Shown: positions 37,652 to 46,876 of the stretch, piece by piece
Layout of the letters: each line of letters starts with the position of its first letter
Position numbering within the stretch: position 1 is the first letter of the stretch
The notes under the pieces: model-generated
Told to the model about the DNA's origin: nothing
Databases searched by the model: none
Seen by the model: the letters and a program-made list of their open reading frames with translations, nothing else
DNA from: a virus
Virus record (IMG/VR): IMGVR_UViG_3300031419_000579
Direction: 5' to 3' (one strand)
Length of the DNA: 64,000 nt
Program-made: the position numbers and the translations under genes

Positions 37652-38638
37652 TTATGTGGCTTGGTGCCACTGCTTGCGCTCTTCGGCCAACCGGCTGACC
37701 AAACCTTCATTTACCACTTTGCCGTGCTCATCCAGAATCACCGGAATCTGTGAGCAGTAACAGTGATAGCGATTGCCGTCACGGCTATACCATTCACGCA
37801 CCTCTTCAACTGTACGCGTCTTACCATGCCAGAAGGCGTGACGGGCTCTGGTTGTGGTCTTGAGTGCCGAAAGATGCAAAAGCGCGGTGTTAAGAGCGAG
37901 GCGCTCTCGAGCCCAGTCCGTTTCTTGCCACTGAGCTTCACGAAGCGCACCAACCTGCTCTGTCTGCGCAATGTTCTTGGCCTTCGACATACTGACATCG
38001 AGGCGCTTACTGATGATTTGCGCCGTCTCGCGCGGGTTTACTCCGCGCCCAATAGAATCGGATATCACATTTGCCAAGTCGGCCCGGGCAGCATCACTAA
38101 TGCCTTTCCAGTCGCTGTAGGTGGAGACGTAAGCCGCGGCGATCTGGTTCTGATATGCCGGGCTGCTAAGCAATTGCGAGAGCGTGGTTTGCTGCTCATA
38201 TATGGGTGACTGCACCGAAAGGTTAGTAAACGCCTGAAGTGTACCGCGTTCATATTCAGCGGCAACGTAGCCCAACACCCACAGATTTTGACTACCACCA
38301 TCCAGCAGTGAGTCGTCCAGAATCAACTGAACCCGCTGCAACAGGTCGGCAAGCTGCGCCGACGTCATGTCGTAGATGTAGGTGCCAGCGTTAACCTGAT
38401 AGAGCGTTGCGGGGCCATCTTCGTTGTTGCAGAGGATGAATCCACACTCACTGTTAGCCTCACGTTCCCGGCCGGTTAGCTGCTGGTCAAATAGCAGCTT
38501 AAGGTTGCGCTTGATATCCAGATAGCGCGACTCGATGTCACGATACATCAGGCCAACCTGCCTAGCTGATTGAGTGGGGTCAACTTTGTTGCGAGGTACG
38601 ATTGGTGTTCCGATTCGGGTTTTTGCTGTCGTCATCAT
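37652..38638 (-). CDS. Head morphogenesis protein (Mu gpF/SPP1 gp7-like)
   Basis: IAQTEQ...A, HAFWHG, NRYHCYCS motifs. Confidence 0.88.
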   Translation of the reverse strand: MMTTAKTRIGTPIVPRNKVDPTQSARQVGLMYRDIESRYLDIKRNLKLLFDQQLTGREREANSECGFILCNNEDGPATLYQVNAGTYIYDMTSAQLADLLQRVQLILDDSLLDGGSQNLWVLGYVAAEYERGTLQAFTNLSVQSPIYEQQTTLSQLLSSPAYQNQIAAAYVSTYSDWKGISDAARADLANVISDSIGRGVNPRETAQIISKRLDVSMSKAKNIAQTEQVGALREAQWQETDWARERLALNTALLHLSALKTTTRARHAFWHGKTRTVEEVREWYSRDGNRYHCYCSQIPVILDEHGKVVNEGLVSRLAEERKQWHQAT

Positions 38639-40037
38639 CTGTCAGCGGATCCTTATCGGTAATCTTCTTGCTCGGGTCAGGAGTGATCTGTTCTTTAATT
38701 GGCTCAAGCTCGCCAACTGCGCGTATCTCGTTAACATCAACCGCTGATGAACCAAATGCCTGCTGAGTATCTTTAGCCACGGTAGCCATTGCTTGCATAT
38801 TGGCGATCTTCTCTTTCTCACTCGGGGCAAGTAAATCAGACCACGCCAGTGTTACTTCTTCAGAGCTTGGTGGTGGGATTGCGCCAAACGACCAGAGTCG
38901 CTCGATAATTTCGGTTACCAATGTTGTTTGATGCCCCCATCGGCGGCCATTACAGCGTTTAGCCCATGCTACTTTATCTTCGTCAGATGCAAGTCGCCCC
39001 GTCTGCTGACCAAACTGAATAGTGAATGGGCTCTGTATTGATGCAGAGAATTCATTAGCTGCTACCGTCCATGATGGCGATGGGTCGGATGCGGCCACAG
39101 AAAGCACTCCAACCTTTCCTGCCTGCATAGCGATAGCTGCATCCGTACCCCGATTGAGCTTCTGAACCTTATCGTTCATGGCTTCTGCGAGGGTTGCATA
39201 ACCTGCGGATGTCGCCTGCTTCACCAGTTCTTCTATCTGAGTTGTGCTGTCAAATTCCATCGATAACTGACGACTGGCATTCTTCAGGAATCCTTCCGCG
39301 CTACCGCCTGAAATCTTCTCCAGGTCGAGAAGTTTGTTGTATCCGGCTCGCAGGAAAGGTACGCCTGAAAGCATATTTTCATCTTCTGAGCCTTCACTGA
39401 TGATAATGATGCGGTCTGGGTGCACCTGAACGCTGCGCGTTGGCCCATAAGTCTTGTCGTCGCCGACAGGTTGTTCATTGAAGTAGTAGAACTCTGGCTG
39501 CCCGTAGTCTTCACTCTGCATGTCAGTAACGTAGGTGCCCGGCACAACCTGTGATTCCCATGCGGGGATGAGGCGAATAATTGCCTTTTCGCCCAATGCC
39601 TTTACCGTTCCAACATTTACCGGATCTTTCCATTCGCCGCCGTCCTTGAGCTGAATCAGTAGTGCTGAATAGCGGCCAACCAGATTACGACGATCTGCGT
39701 CTTTGATCTTCGGCCAGTGCTTCTTCAGCAGCTTTGTGACCTGCTTTTCCCACGGAGTGGTTTCGGTAGACTCCTTGCCTTCTTCGCCATCGATAATGGT
39801 TGGGCTGTCTACCCAGCATGAATCCAGCAGGTTATGCACGGCGGCATGGGCCACAGCGTTGCGCTCGTAGGCCCGGTAGTAGCCATCGAATTCTACACGA
39901 TCGGGATAACCAAACTCGTCCCATAGCTTTGTGCGTTTAGTGTTGCCATTCATGCCTGCGTACAACATGCGCTGGCGGCCCACAGCATCAGCAAGGGCAT
40001 TAACGAGGAACTGCTCCCCGGTTGTTAAATCACTCAC
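38580..40037 (-). CDS. Portal protein (DUF1073/anti-CBASS-Acb1-annotated family)
   Basis: Follows terL; G...L...YNKLLDLEK..GGSAEGF, FGQQTG motifs. Confidence 0.85.
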   Translation of the reverse strand: MSDLTTGEQFLVNALADAVGRQRMLYAGMNGNTKRTKLWDEFGYPDRVEFDGYYRAYERNAVAHAAVHNLLDSCWVDSPTIIDGEEGKESTETTPWEKQVTKLLKKHWPKIKDADRRNLVGRYSALLIQLKDGGEWKDPVNVGTVKALGEKAIIRLIPAWESQVVPGTYVTDMQSEDYGQPEFYYFNEQPVGDDKTYGPTRSVQVHPDRIIIISEGSEDENMLSGVPFLRAGYNKLLDLEKISGGSAEGFLKNASRQLSMEFDSTTQIEELVKQATSAGYATLAEAMNDKVQKLNRGTDAAIAMQAGKVGVLSVAASDPSPSWTVAANEFSASIQSPFTIQFGQQTGRLASDEDKVAWAKRCNGRRWGHQTTLVTEIIERLWSFGAIPPPSSEEVTLAWSDLLAPSEKEKIANMQAMATVAKDTQQAFGSSAVDVNEIRAVGELEPIKEQITPDPSKKITDKDPLTDDDDSKNPNRNTNRTSQQS

Positions 40038-40046
40038 TGGTGCTCC

Positions 40047-41519
40047 TTAGAAGAAGATTGCGCCAACTTTTTTATGGTTGTTCTTCGCAACAGCAAAGTA
40101 ACGGAATCCATCAGCGCCATGTGATGTTGCGTCATGAAGAGGTTTGTCTTTCCAGCATCCGCGCTTGTCGTCCCATTCCTTGCGGTAGCCCTCAAGGTGA
40201 GTGATGCCTTCTGCGCACTTCTCTTCATCGAATACGCATTTCGGAAGCAGCTCACGTACTGACTCAATCCCGGTATCGACGCCAGTTTTCGGCACAACCT
40301 TGAAGGTCATGGAGTATGTCTGCCCGTCGATTTCGTACCCTTCACGCGCCAGCTCTTTACGGGATTTGGCGTCAGATCCGAACTCACGGTTCTCGATATC
40401 GTGCGGCCCCCAGTGCTCTCCGTATTCATAGCCACGGTCTTTAAGCACCTTCATGTAGTGACGCAGACCTTCACCTGAGTTTTCGTAATAGTCGATGATG
40501 TGGAATTCTTCGCCCACTTCACGCACGAACCAGATTGCCGTTGAGTCACCCACGCCGATATCCCAGAACGTGTGAACCGGTAGGTGTGAATTATCAGGCA
40601 GCGTTCCGATTCGCTTGTTGGTGTATAACCAGCGGAACTGTTTGGCGTAGTAAGCGCCCTCAACTGATTGCTGGAATGCTTCAGCGGGTATCGTTGGATA
40701 CTCGCGCCTCATATCATCGCCGAGCGTTTTCTCTTTGGCGTAATACCATGCTTTCTGACGTTCGTTGAGAATGACGCCGTGCTTGCCTTCCATCTCATCA
40801 AAGTACTCAACCAGGCGCTGCGGTAGCGCCTCTACCTGGTCGATTGCGTACTGCGGATTCTTCCACCATGAGAAGAAGAAAAACTTCCAGTCCAGCGGGG
40901 AAAGCTTCTTGCCTTGCAGTGCGGCTTTTTCGGCAGTCTGGCAGTAATCGAAGAAGTAACCCGCCCGCCCCTCCGCTGTACTCTCGATAGTGGCAAAGCA
41001 TCCGGTTGATACTGCCTCAAACGCACCGGTGACAATCTCACGGGCTTTGTCTGGATACTTGGCGCATATCTTCCCGAACTCGGAAACGTGCAAGTAACGG
41101 AGCGTACCGCCACGGAATGACGTGCTGACGTAGAGTGACCCACCTTTCTTGAAAACCAACTCCCCTGCAGAGTCATTGCTGGCCGGATTGGCTGCTTTAA
41201 TCTCATCGGGTAAGTTGTCATATGCGTACTTCACCTTTTCACGGAACAGGCGCTTGGCATCGTTCAGCGTGTGGGCGATCAGGGCGCACTTGGCAGACTC
41301 AAACAAGGCCGCGTCCAGCTGAATTATGCAGACCTCAGTCGTGAAGCCGAGCTGGCGCGCCTTCAGAATGATGTTGCGCGTGTGGATTCCCTCGAAGTAC
41401 TCGCGCTGCTCAGGCGTCATCCTGAAGCGGGCAGGCTTTCCTTCTTTGTCGGTTATCCAGTAGAGATTGTTCAGCCGCCAGTCTTTATCAGCCAGCAGCT
41501 TTATATGCTCAGGTTTCAT
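40047..41519 (-). CDS. terL: Terminase large subunit
   Basis: ILKARQLGFTT, YLHVSEFG, IESTAEG, FWDIG, SHGADGFRY. Confidence 0.96.
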   Translation of the reverse strand: MKPEHIKLLADKDWRLNNLYWITDKEGKPARFRMTPEQREYFEGIHTRNIILKARQLGFTTEVCIIQLDAALFESAKCALIAHTLNDAKRLFREKVKYAYDNLPDEIKAANPASNDSAGELVFKKGGSLYVSTSFRGGTLRYLHVSEFGKICAKYPDKAREIVTGAFEAVSTGCFATIESTAEGRAGYFFDYCQTAEKAALQGKKLSPLDWKFFFFSWWKNPQYAIDQVEALPQRLVEYFDEMEGKHGVILNERQKAWYYAKEKTLGDDMRREYPTIPAEAFQQSVEGAYYAKQFRWLYTNKRIGTLPDNSHLPVHTFWDIGVGDSTAIWFVREVGEEFHIIDYYENSGEGLRHYMKVLKDRGYEYGEHWGPHDIENREFGSDAKSRKELAREGYEIDGQTYSMTFKVVPKTGVDTGIESVRELLPKCVFDEEKCAEGITHLEGYRKEWDDKRGCWKDKPLHDATSHGADGFRYFAVAKNNHKKVGAIFF

Positions 41520-42121
41520 TACGCCCCCTGAGACAATGAATCCATCAGGTCAGAAAGTGTCTTAACAGCGTTATTTCCTTCAAGGCCATCAATATCGTAC
41601 GCCTGCCGCTCAAGGCTGATGAGGTTCTTCAGCGCGTCACTCAGTGCTTTAGCGGATTTGACCCTTTCAGGCATGCTGATAACCTTCTGATAGATTTCGT
41701 TAAGCTTATCCTGCCCTTTATCGTCAGGTTGGAGCATTAGCTCCCCGAGCTTCTCAAGTGCAGCTACGTCAGCGCACTCTGCTGCCAACTCATCGAACAG
41801 TGCGTTAGTTATTTGCCTAGCCCGCCTGATGTCTCCGCGATGCTCCATGCGGACAGTGGCTATCACCTCTGCCGACGCCTCAATTAGTACGCGCTCTGAC
41901 AGCGCATTCTCTGCGCGTACCTGCTTGCGTACCTCTTGCTTGCGTACCAAATCATCAGCGCGCTCTTTTACTTTTGCGGCGAGGTCGCGTGACCAGTCAT
42001 CTCTTTTAGCTCTTTTACGTATAGCGCCTTCACTGATGCTGTGTTGTGAGGCGATTTCACGGAGAGACATCAAGCCAGCCCGGTAGGCCGATTCGATGGC
42101 TTCCCAATCTGCTAATGCCAT
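41519..42121 (-). CDS. terS: Terminase small subunit
   Basis: DWEAIESAYRAG..SLREIA..H.ISEGAIRKRAKRDDW; overlaps terL start. Confidence 0.9.
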   Translation of the reverse strand: MALADWEAIESAYRAGLMSLREIASQHSISEGAIRKRAKRDDWSRDLAAKVKERADDLVRKQEVRKQVRAENALSERVLIEASAEVIATVRMEHRGDIRRARQITNALFDELAAECADVAALEKLGELMLQPDDKGQDKLNEIYQKVISMPERVKSAKALSDALKNLISLERQAYDIDGLEGNNAVKTLSDLMDSLSQGA

Positions 42122-42219
42122 GATTATTTCCTAATGCGACTCACTATTGAGAGCTAGTGCTCCCATTTGATTACGCAGAATCCTCTGCGTGTTCTTTCTA
42201 AGAAAAGTGGAGGTTTGTT

Positions 42220-42357
42220 ATGGATATTTCGATGTGGCACGAATTGGCGGTTGCCTATGCGCCAGCGGTAAATGCAGTCATTATGCTTGTTTGCTCTTAC
42301 CTTAAATTTCGGTTTTTTAGCCAGCCTCTTGATACTGAGGCACGTAAACCATCCTGA
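42220..42357 (+). CDS. Possible small hydrophobic peptide on the opposite strand (45 aa)
   Basis: GGAGG RBS; MDISMWHELAVAYAPAVNAVIMLVCSYLKFRFFSQ... Confidence 0.4.
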   Translation: MDISMWHELAVAYAPAVNAVIMLVCSYLKFRFFSQPLDTEARKPS

Positions 42358-42508
42358 GGACGTCGTCAGGAGCCAGATATACCCATGAGCCATCGGCCAG
42401 CGCGATAGAGTAAAGGCCATTGACCATCTCAGGCTGGCTACGAGTCATTAATCCCTCGTAAGTCTCGCCTGATTTGGTTGTTACGGTGATTTTGTAGCGG
42501 TCAGGCAT
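42317..42508 (-). CDS. Small conserved phage hypothetical protein
   Basis: MPDRYKITVTTKSGETYEGLM...; AGAGA RBS-like. Confidence 0.6.
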   Translation of the reverse strand: MPDRYKITVTTKSGETYEGLMTRSQPEMVNGLYSIALADGSWVYLAPDDVLRMVYVPQYQEAG

Positions 42509-42588
42509 ATTACTCTCTTGGTTAATCATCATCAGGCGCACTCGTAAATGCACCTTGGGATGCAACTATACTCCCCAGTTCTCCTCGC

Positions 42589-43134
42589 TCATGCTGCCTT
42601 ACCTTCCATCAGTGAAACCATGTCAGGATCTAACTGGTCGATTAGATTTTTCCTTGCATCAGTTAGCAGCGCTTTGCGACCACCTGAACCCCATTTACCC
42701 ATCCGGCTTGCACACTGGCTGATTTCTTTTGTTTCGCCGTTGATGAGGTGATCAAGCCGATTAAGCTGGTTGAGGATATCCAGTGAGTTGGTGCGGCTTT
42801 CGATGAATGTGTTGTAAACATCAATCTCGAACTCGGGCTTAATCCATGCCGCATAGCGCACGGCGATCATCTCGACGCCCCAAATGCCTTTGCTCGTCCC
42901 GCCTTCGACTATCAAAAGAACTTGACTTTTATCATGGGGACGTTTTTGTCCCCGCGTCGCCAGCACCTGAATGAATCGGCGAACTGACGCGCTGCGGATG
43001 AACTTGCTTGGCTTCTGAGACTCTGTTGCCTCACCATTCAGAACGGCGGCAGCGTGCAAGTCATTCAGGCAATAGCGCCCTTCGCTGTCTACGCGAACTG
43101 AAACGCCGTTTACGATCACGGTTGGATATGTCAT
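42589..43134 (-). CDS. KilA-N domain protein
   Basis: RVDSEGRYCLNDLH, QKPSKF, G...GIWG...IAVRYAAWIKPEFEI.V. Confidence 0.9.
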   Translation of the reverse strand: MTYPTVIVNGVSVRVDSEGRYCLNDLHAAAVLNGEATESQKPSKFIRSASVRRFIQVLATRGQKRPHDKSQVLLIVEGGTSKGIWGVEMIAVRYAAWIKPEFEIDVYNTFIESRTNSLDILNQLNRLDHLINGETKEISQCASRMGKWGSGGRKALLTDARKNLIDQLDPDMVSLMEGKAA

Positions 43135-43311
43135 TGCGTTTTACCTTTTAGTGAATAAGCCTCGTTGCCCAGATAACCGCCCACAGAGAAGCCGCCGCTT
43201 ATAACGGTTATCTCCGAAGCTGATTCCTGAAAGGCCCTGTGTAGTTGATTGCGCCGGGCATGGCGCGGAGGTTTGTTGCGGATATAAAAAAGCCCGACCG
43301 AAGTCAGGCTG

Positions 43312-43785
43312 TTATTTGAGGCATTGCTCTCTGATATACTGCTGGAGATAGTTCACCTGTCCGGTGATGGTGTTGATTCGCTCTCTGAGGGTGAAATAAT
43401 CCCGTTCAGCGGTGTCATTAAGTCTGGCGGAGGTAGCATCGCCCGCGCTGCCGGTGGAGGCGGTGCCACTCTTTGCACAGGTGGCGTTGAGCTGCAGCCG
43501 CTTACGACCAGCAATAACATCAGACTGGAGTTCGTCAATACTGGCTTTGGCATCTGCTAACTCCTTTGTGTATTTGTCATCGAGGGCAGCAACATCACGC
43601 TGACGTGCCAGCATATTTGTTATCGTTTTCTGGCGGGCTTCAGCCTGCTCTTCTGCATGAACGGCACGCTCGCTTTGCTCTTTTGCTTTGGTTCGGTAAT
43701 GGTCGAACAAGGCAGAGTAGGTTACGCTCAGCGCTATAAGGCCGACAATAATCAGGTTGCGCCAGTTATTTACCAGCCAGATCAT
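43312..43785 (-). CDS. Rz: Rz i-spanin
   Basis: N-terminal TM, RQRDVAALDDKYTKELADAK, QQYIREQCL. Confidence 0.93.
   Translation of the reverse strand: MIWLVNNWRNLIIVGLIALSVTYSALFDHYRTKAKEQSERAVHAEEQAEARQKTITNMLARQRDVAALDDKYTKELADAKASIDELQSDVIAGRKRLQLNATCAKSGTASTGSAGDATSARLNDTAERDYFTLRERINTITGQVNYLQQYIREQCLK
43324..43560 (-). CDS. Rz1: Rz1 o-spanin (embedded; ORF-track 43353-43553 frame)
   Basis: Lipobox VSGC then Pro-rich PPPPAARAMLPPPDL; actual ORF 43353-43553. Confidence 0.75.
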
Positions 43786-44278
43786 CAGCTTTCTCCGCTA
43801 AGCAAAGTGAACGTTCCATATCCCGGCGGTTCATCAGTCCACGCCATTTCTGACCACCGGCGTAAATCCAACGACGCAACTCTTCGCAAGCGGCGTCTAC
43901 GTTGCCAGCATTAAGCTTTTTCAGCAGCGTTGATTTGGAGAATGCACCAATGCCTACGTTGTAAGTGAAGCTGTAAAGCGCCGCACGCTGGTACTCACCC
44001 AGCGGAACCTTTACCAGCGGATCTACCTGGGCTTTTACCAGGCTAACCCGATTCCAGAGCAGCTGGTCGCATTCGCGATCGGTATAGGTTTTATTCCTGA
44101 TAACGCCTTCGCCGGTAATGCCATCGCAGACTGTCCAGACGCCAGCAACATCTTTGTAAGCCACATACTCGCGCCCCTCTACCCCGCCTTTACCGCCGAG
44201 AAAGATGGTCGTAATAAGCATTGCCCCGCCGCCAGCTGCCGCAATCAATTTATTTCTTAAACCTGATGAGATAGCCAT
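43766..44278 (-). CDS. SAR-type lysozyme (phage 21 R-like)
   Basis: Gly/Ala-rich N-terminal anchor; EG...Y.DVAGVWTVCDG.T catalytic triad. Confidence 0.95.
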   Translation of the reverse strand: MAISSGLRNKLIAAAGGGAMLITTIFLGGKGGVEGREYVAYKDVAGVWTVCDGITGEGVIRNKTYTDRECDQLLWNRVSLVKAQVDPLVKVPLGEYQRAALYSFTYNVGIGAFSKSTLLKKLNAGNVDAACEELRRWIYAGGQKWRGLMNRRDMERSLCLAEKADDLAGK

Positions 44279-44280
44279 TG

Positions 44281-44529
44281 TTAATCCTCACCAAATTTTT
44301 CTGCATGAATGTAGCCGCGTTCCTCCAGCGCTTTAATTTTCGCCAGCGAAACTTTGCGCTTGAAGTAAAAATTAATGGCAAATGTCAGCAGCGCAACAAT
44401 GATGCCTGCCAGAACACCAACGGCGCTCCACTCGTCAGGACTTAGTCGGTTCAGTAAGCCGTTGGCTACCGTTCCGGCAGATGCGCCATACGCAGCGCCA
44501 GATGCCAGTTTGCTCATATCTATGCTCAT
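44281..44529 (-). CDS. Class II (pin)holin with probable dual start
   Basis: MSIDMSKLASGAAYGASAG...SPDEWSAVGVLAG...NFYFKRK; second Met four codons downstream. Confidence 0.9.
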   Translation of the reverse strand: MSIDMSKLASGAAYGASAGTVANGLLNRLSPDEWSAVGVLAGIIVALLTFAINFYFKRKVSLAKIKALEERGYIHAEKFGED

Positions 44530-44630
44530 GATCACCCCCGGCTTTGCCGTGGTGCTGTTTGTAGGGTTAAGGAAATAAAGTGCGCCGTCCCGAGCTAACA
44601 GGAGTGAGTGAGGGTGATTCGGGAGGCGCA

Positions 44631-44660
44631 AAAGAAAAAGGTCGCCCTATGGCGACCTGT
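44631..44660 (-). terminator. Intrinsic terminator upstream of holin
   Basis: Minus strand AGGTCGCC-ata-GGGCGACCT followed by T tract. Confidence 0.7.
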
Positions 44661-44672
44661 TGGAATTAATGC

Positions 44673-44748
44673 GTGGTGTCCGGCGCTTTCCCGGCTTGCA
44701 TTCGTCGCCATGGTGAGCATTTACCTCACCATCTAGCTCATTCACCAC
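44673..44748 (-). ncRNA. C4-antisense-like structured RNA
   Basis: GUGGUGAAUG...GCAAGCCGG-gaaagcg-CCGG-ACACCAC; closing stem GUGGUG/CACCAC, inner AUGGUGAG/CUCACCAU hairpin; resembles the P1 c4 motif as I recall it. Confidence 0.65.
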
Positions 44749-44820
44749 ATCGAAAAGCAGCCTGTTTCACAACACGAGCGGCGTATCAGTTACCGCACCG
44801 TCAAGCTGCTTGTCTGATGC
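44747..44820 (-). ncRNA. Putative three-way-junction RNA in late leader
   Basis: AAGCAGC/GCUGCUU outer stem, GCGG/CCGC hairpin, UGUU-GUGA-AACA GNRA hairpin. Confidence 0.4.
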
Positions 44821-45038
44821 AATAAATAAGGCCCCGCAATCGCGGAGCCTAGGAATATGGTGCGCCTGTTTATCATCATTGATTATCTGACAGTCCATCG
44901 AACGGGCGGCGCATTGAGTTGCTACATTTCTAACTGTAGTAGCTCCCCGGAAAACAGCAATAAAAAAGCCCCAACTTATTAAGGTCAGGGCTTTTTTTCT
45001 AGCTCACCGTAACAAGCAACGGATTTCTAGTGTTAGAG
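44821..45038 (-). repeat. Late leader (tR'-like terminator plus structured module), homologous to 11753-11970
   Basis: See 11753-11970. Confidence 0.9.
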
Positions 45039-45039
45039 A

Positions 45040-45068
45040 ACTATATCCCTGACTTCCGGAAAAGTAAA
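45040..45068 (-). promoter_or_regulatory. Late promoter pR'
   Basis: TTTACT-17 bp-TATAGT directly downstream of Q. Confidence 0.65.
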
Positions 45069-45105
45069 TAGCTAACGATAAATTAATAAGCTATTTTATC
45101 TTGTG

Positions 45106-45927
45106 CTATGAAGTAACCTTATTTAATGCTGAGTTGGCCCAAGACTCCTCAATCTCCAACTTTCCGATAAGCTGATCATAAAATGCTTTCCCACTTTTTT
45201 CCCACGTAGCCAAGCTGATCGCATCTGTGACGCTGGAGATAGCACGGTAGGCCTCGGTAGATGGTATGCGCTCAAATCCCCTTCCCCCACATTGTTTGCA
45301 ATCCCCCATCACGGGAACACCTTGCTGCTGTGTTTCTTTACGCAGCACCGCCCTGCCTCGTCCGTTACAGTCCCGGCACGCCGCAGAAACCACGCCCTTG
45401 CCTTTACAGGAGTTGCACAGCACACGCTCAGTATCTCGCACCCGATAGTTAACGTTCTCGGCTAGCGGCTCATCCAGTCTCATGATTTGAGTGACAGCCT
45501 CCGGCCGTTGCAAACCAAATCTGGATTTCATTGTGAAAACTTCAACCTCAATGAAGCCTTTCGCCTTGCAGCATTCGCACGGTTTTACGCTGGCAGCACT
45601 CCGGCAGTAATCCATGTACGCATAACTTGCGAGTATTTGCATAACCGCTGGTTTAATATCTGTGTCGAGTTTGCGTAAGGCTGCAACCTTATCGCAGGTT
45701 TTCAATGCATGTTCTGTTAACAGGGTTACGGCGCGTCGGGCGTCGTACTCGCTTACCCCTACCTTCCCCATGAAAGCACTAAATCCCATCGGTGCGAGCG
45801 ACTGCACCATTCCCATTGCTGCCATCTGGTCAGTGCCTGTCAGGGCATCTGAGGCGGTGGCACGTGGAGAGTCGGAGATTTGCGTGGACTTCGGGAAGTG
45901 ATATTTGACTGTAGCTTCAAGGCTCAT
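45106..45927 (-). CDS. Q: Late antiterminator Q
   Basis: MSLEATVKYHFPKS...ASDALTGTD.MAAMG; multiple CxxC.G.G zinc motifs; precedes pR' and lysis. Confidence 0.92.
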   Translation of the reverse strand: MSLEATVKYHFPKSTQISDSPRATASDALTGTDQMAAMGMVQSLAPMGFSAFMGKVGVSEYDARRAVTLLTEHALKTCDKVAALRKLDTDIKPAVMQILASYAYMDYCRSAASVKPCECCKAKGFIEVEVFTMKSRFGLQRPEAVTQIMRLDEPLAENVNYRVRDTERVLCNSCKGKGVVSAACRDCNGRGRAVLRKETQQQGVPVMGDCKQCGGRGFERIPSTEAYRAISSVTDAISLATWEKSGKAFYDQLIGKLEIEESWANSALNKVTS

Positions 45928-46043
45928 GCCCTTCTCCCTGCGATGTGGCTGAAGTGTTGGAGTAATCGGTAGTCACACATGAAAGAGCTTTTAGAGCGGT
46001 AGAGTCTGATGTGTAGCCACTTGCGCTGAAGGTATTCGGTCAT
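45924..46043 (-). CDS. YlcG-family small protein (39 aa)
   Basis: MTEYLQRKWLHIRLYR...CDYRLL; overlaps both neighbours by 4 nt. Confidence 0.65.
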   Translation of the reverse strand: MTEYLQRKWLHIRLYRSKSSFMCDYRLLQHFSHIAGRRA

Positions 46044-46876
46044 GCTGCCTCCATTGAGAAGTTGAATCCCATCTGCCCACCGAACGCTTCACAGCTTTCT
46101 GAGCAGGAACCTGTGTCGTACTGGCGCATTGATGTCATGCGTGATGCAAGCTCATCCCTTCCTGTATCGGAAAAAATTGCAATCACCTGCTCCAGCGAGT
46201 TATTGCTTCTATACATAACCTTGTCTTCTTTGGTATCGAATTCGTGAAGTGTTTGGATAAAATGAGCTGCAAGAGCAGGTTCATCTTTTGTCGCCAGCGC
46301 CACTTTTTGTAGGCTCTTTTTGATACAGAAAACACAGTTCCCTAAGTGCTCTTGAATTCCCAAATTAAAAGGCTGTATTTTCCACCAGTCGATTACATCC
46401 TGCTTTTCGAAATCACTTATCTCCGCCAAATATCTAATTCCAGGTTTTAGCGATATTCGCTTAGGCTCATCTATCCTCATGCCAAGCCAGGTCGTGTAAT
46501 TCCCTCGCCCAAAATACTCATCACAGTATTTGATAAATGGCACTGTCTTCATCCTGTCCGTACAGAACGCGCCTCCTACGTATGGGTGCCCGTACTTTCT
46601 GAGCATCCTCTTCCATGGCTCAAGGTCGGGACCGATGCGATCTATGCTGAGGATTTCGTAGGTGCTTGGCTTGTTCATTTCGGGATTAGGGATGACGCGA
46701 AGGCAGGTAAGTTTGATTTTCCAGTGCTTGACGATGTTGCGGATGAATTCGTAGGTCTTGGGGTGTTCAGCGCCGGTGTCCATGAAGATAAATTCCGTGT
46801 CCGGATCTCTTTCCTTCATGATGTTTGCCAGATACGCAGAAGTTAGACCGCCAGAAAGACTGACGACATTTTTCAT
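46040..46876 (-). CDS. PAPS-reductase-family (PP-loop) protein
   Basis: VVSLSGGLTS, FMDTGAEHPKTY, FCT..MK, LGMRIDE, GNCVFC. Confidence 0.82.
   Translation of the reverse strand: MKNVVSLSGGLTSAYLANIMKERDPDTEFIFMDTGAEHPKTYEFIRNIVKHWKIKLTCLRVIPNPEMNKPSTYEILSIDRIGPDLEPWKRMLRKYGHPYVGGAFCTDRMKTVPFIKYCDEYFGRGNYTTWLGMRIDEPKRISLKPGIRYLAEISDFEKQDVIDWWKIQPFNLGIQEHLGNCVFCIKKSLQKVALATKDEPALAAHFIQTLHEFDTKEDKVMYRSNNSLEQVIAIFSDTGRDELASRMTSMRQYDTGSCSESCEAFGGQMGFNFSMEAA

Noticed and set aside
38580-40037. Portal gene as an anti-CBASS factor because DUF1073 proteins are sometimes labelled Acb1
   Set aside because: Size, position after terL and synteny identify it as the portal; the label is an annotation artefact.
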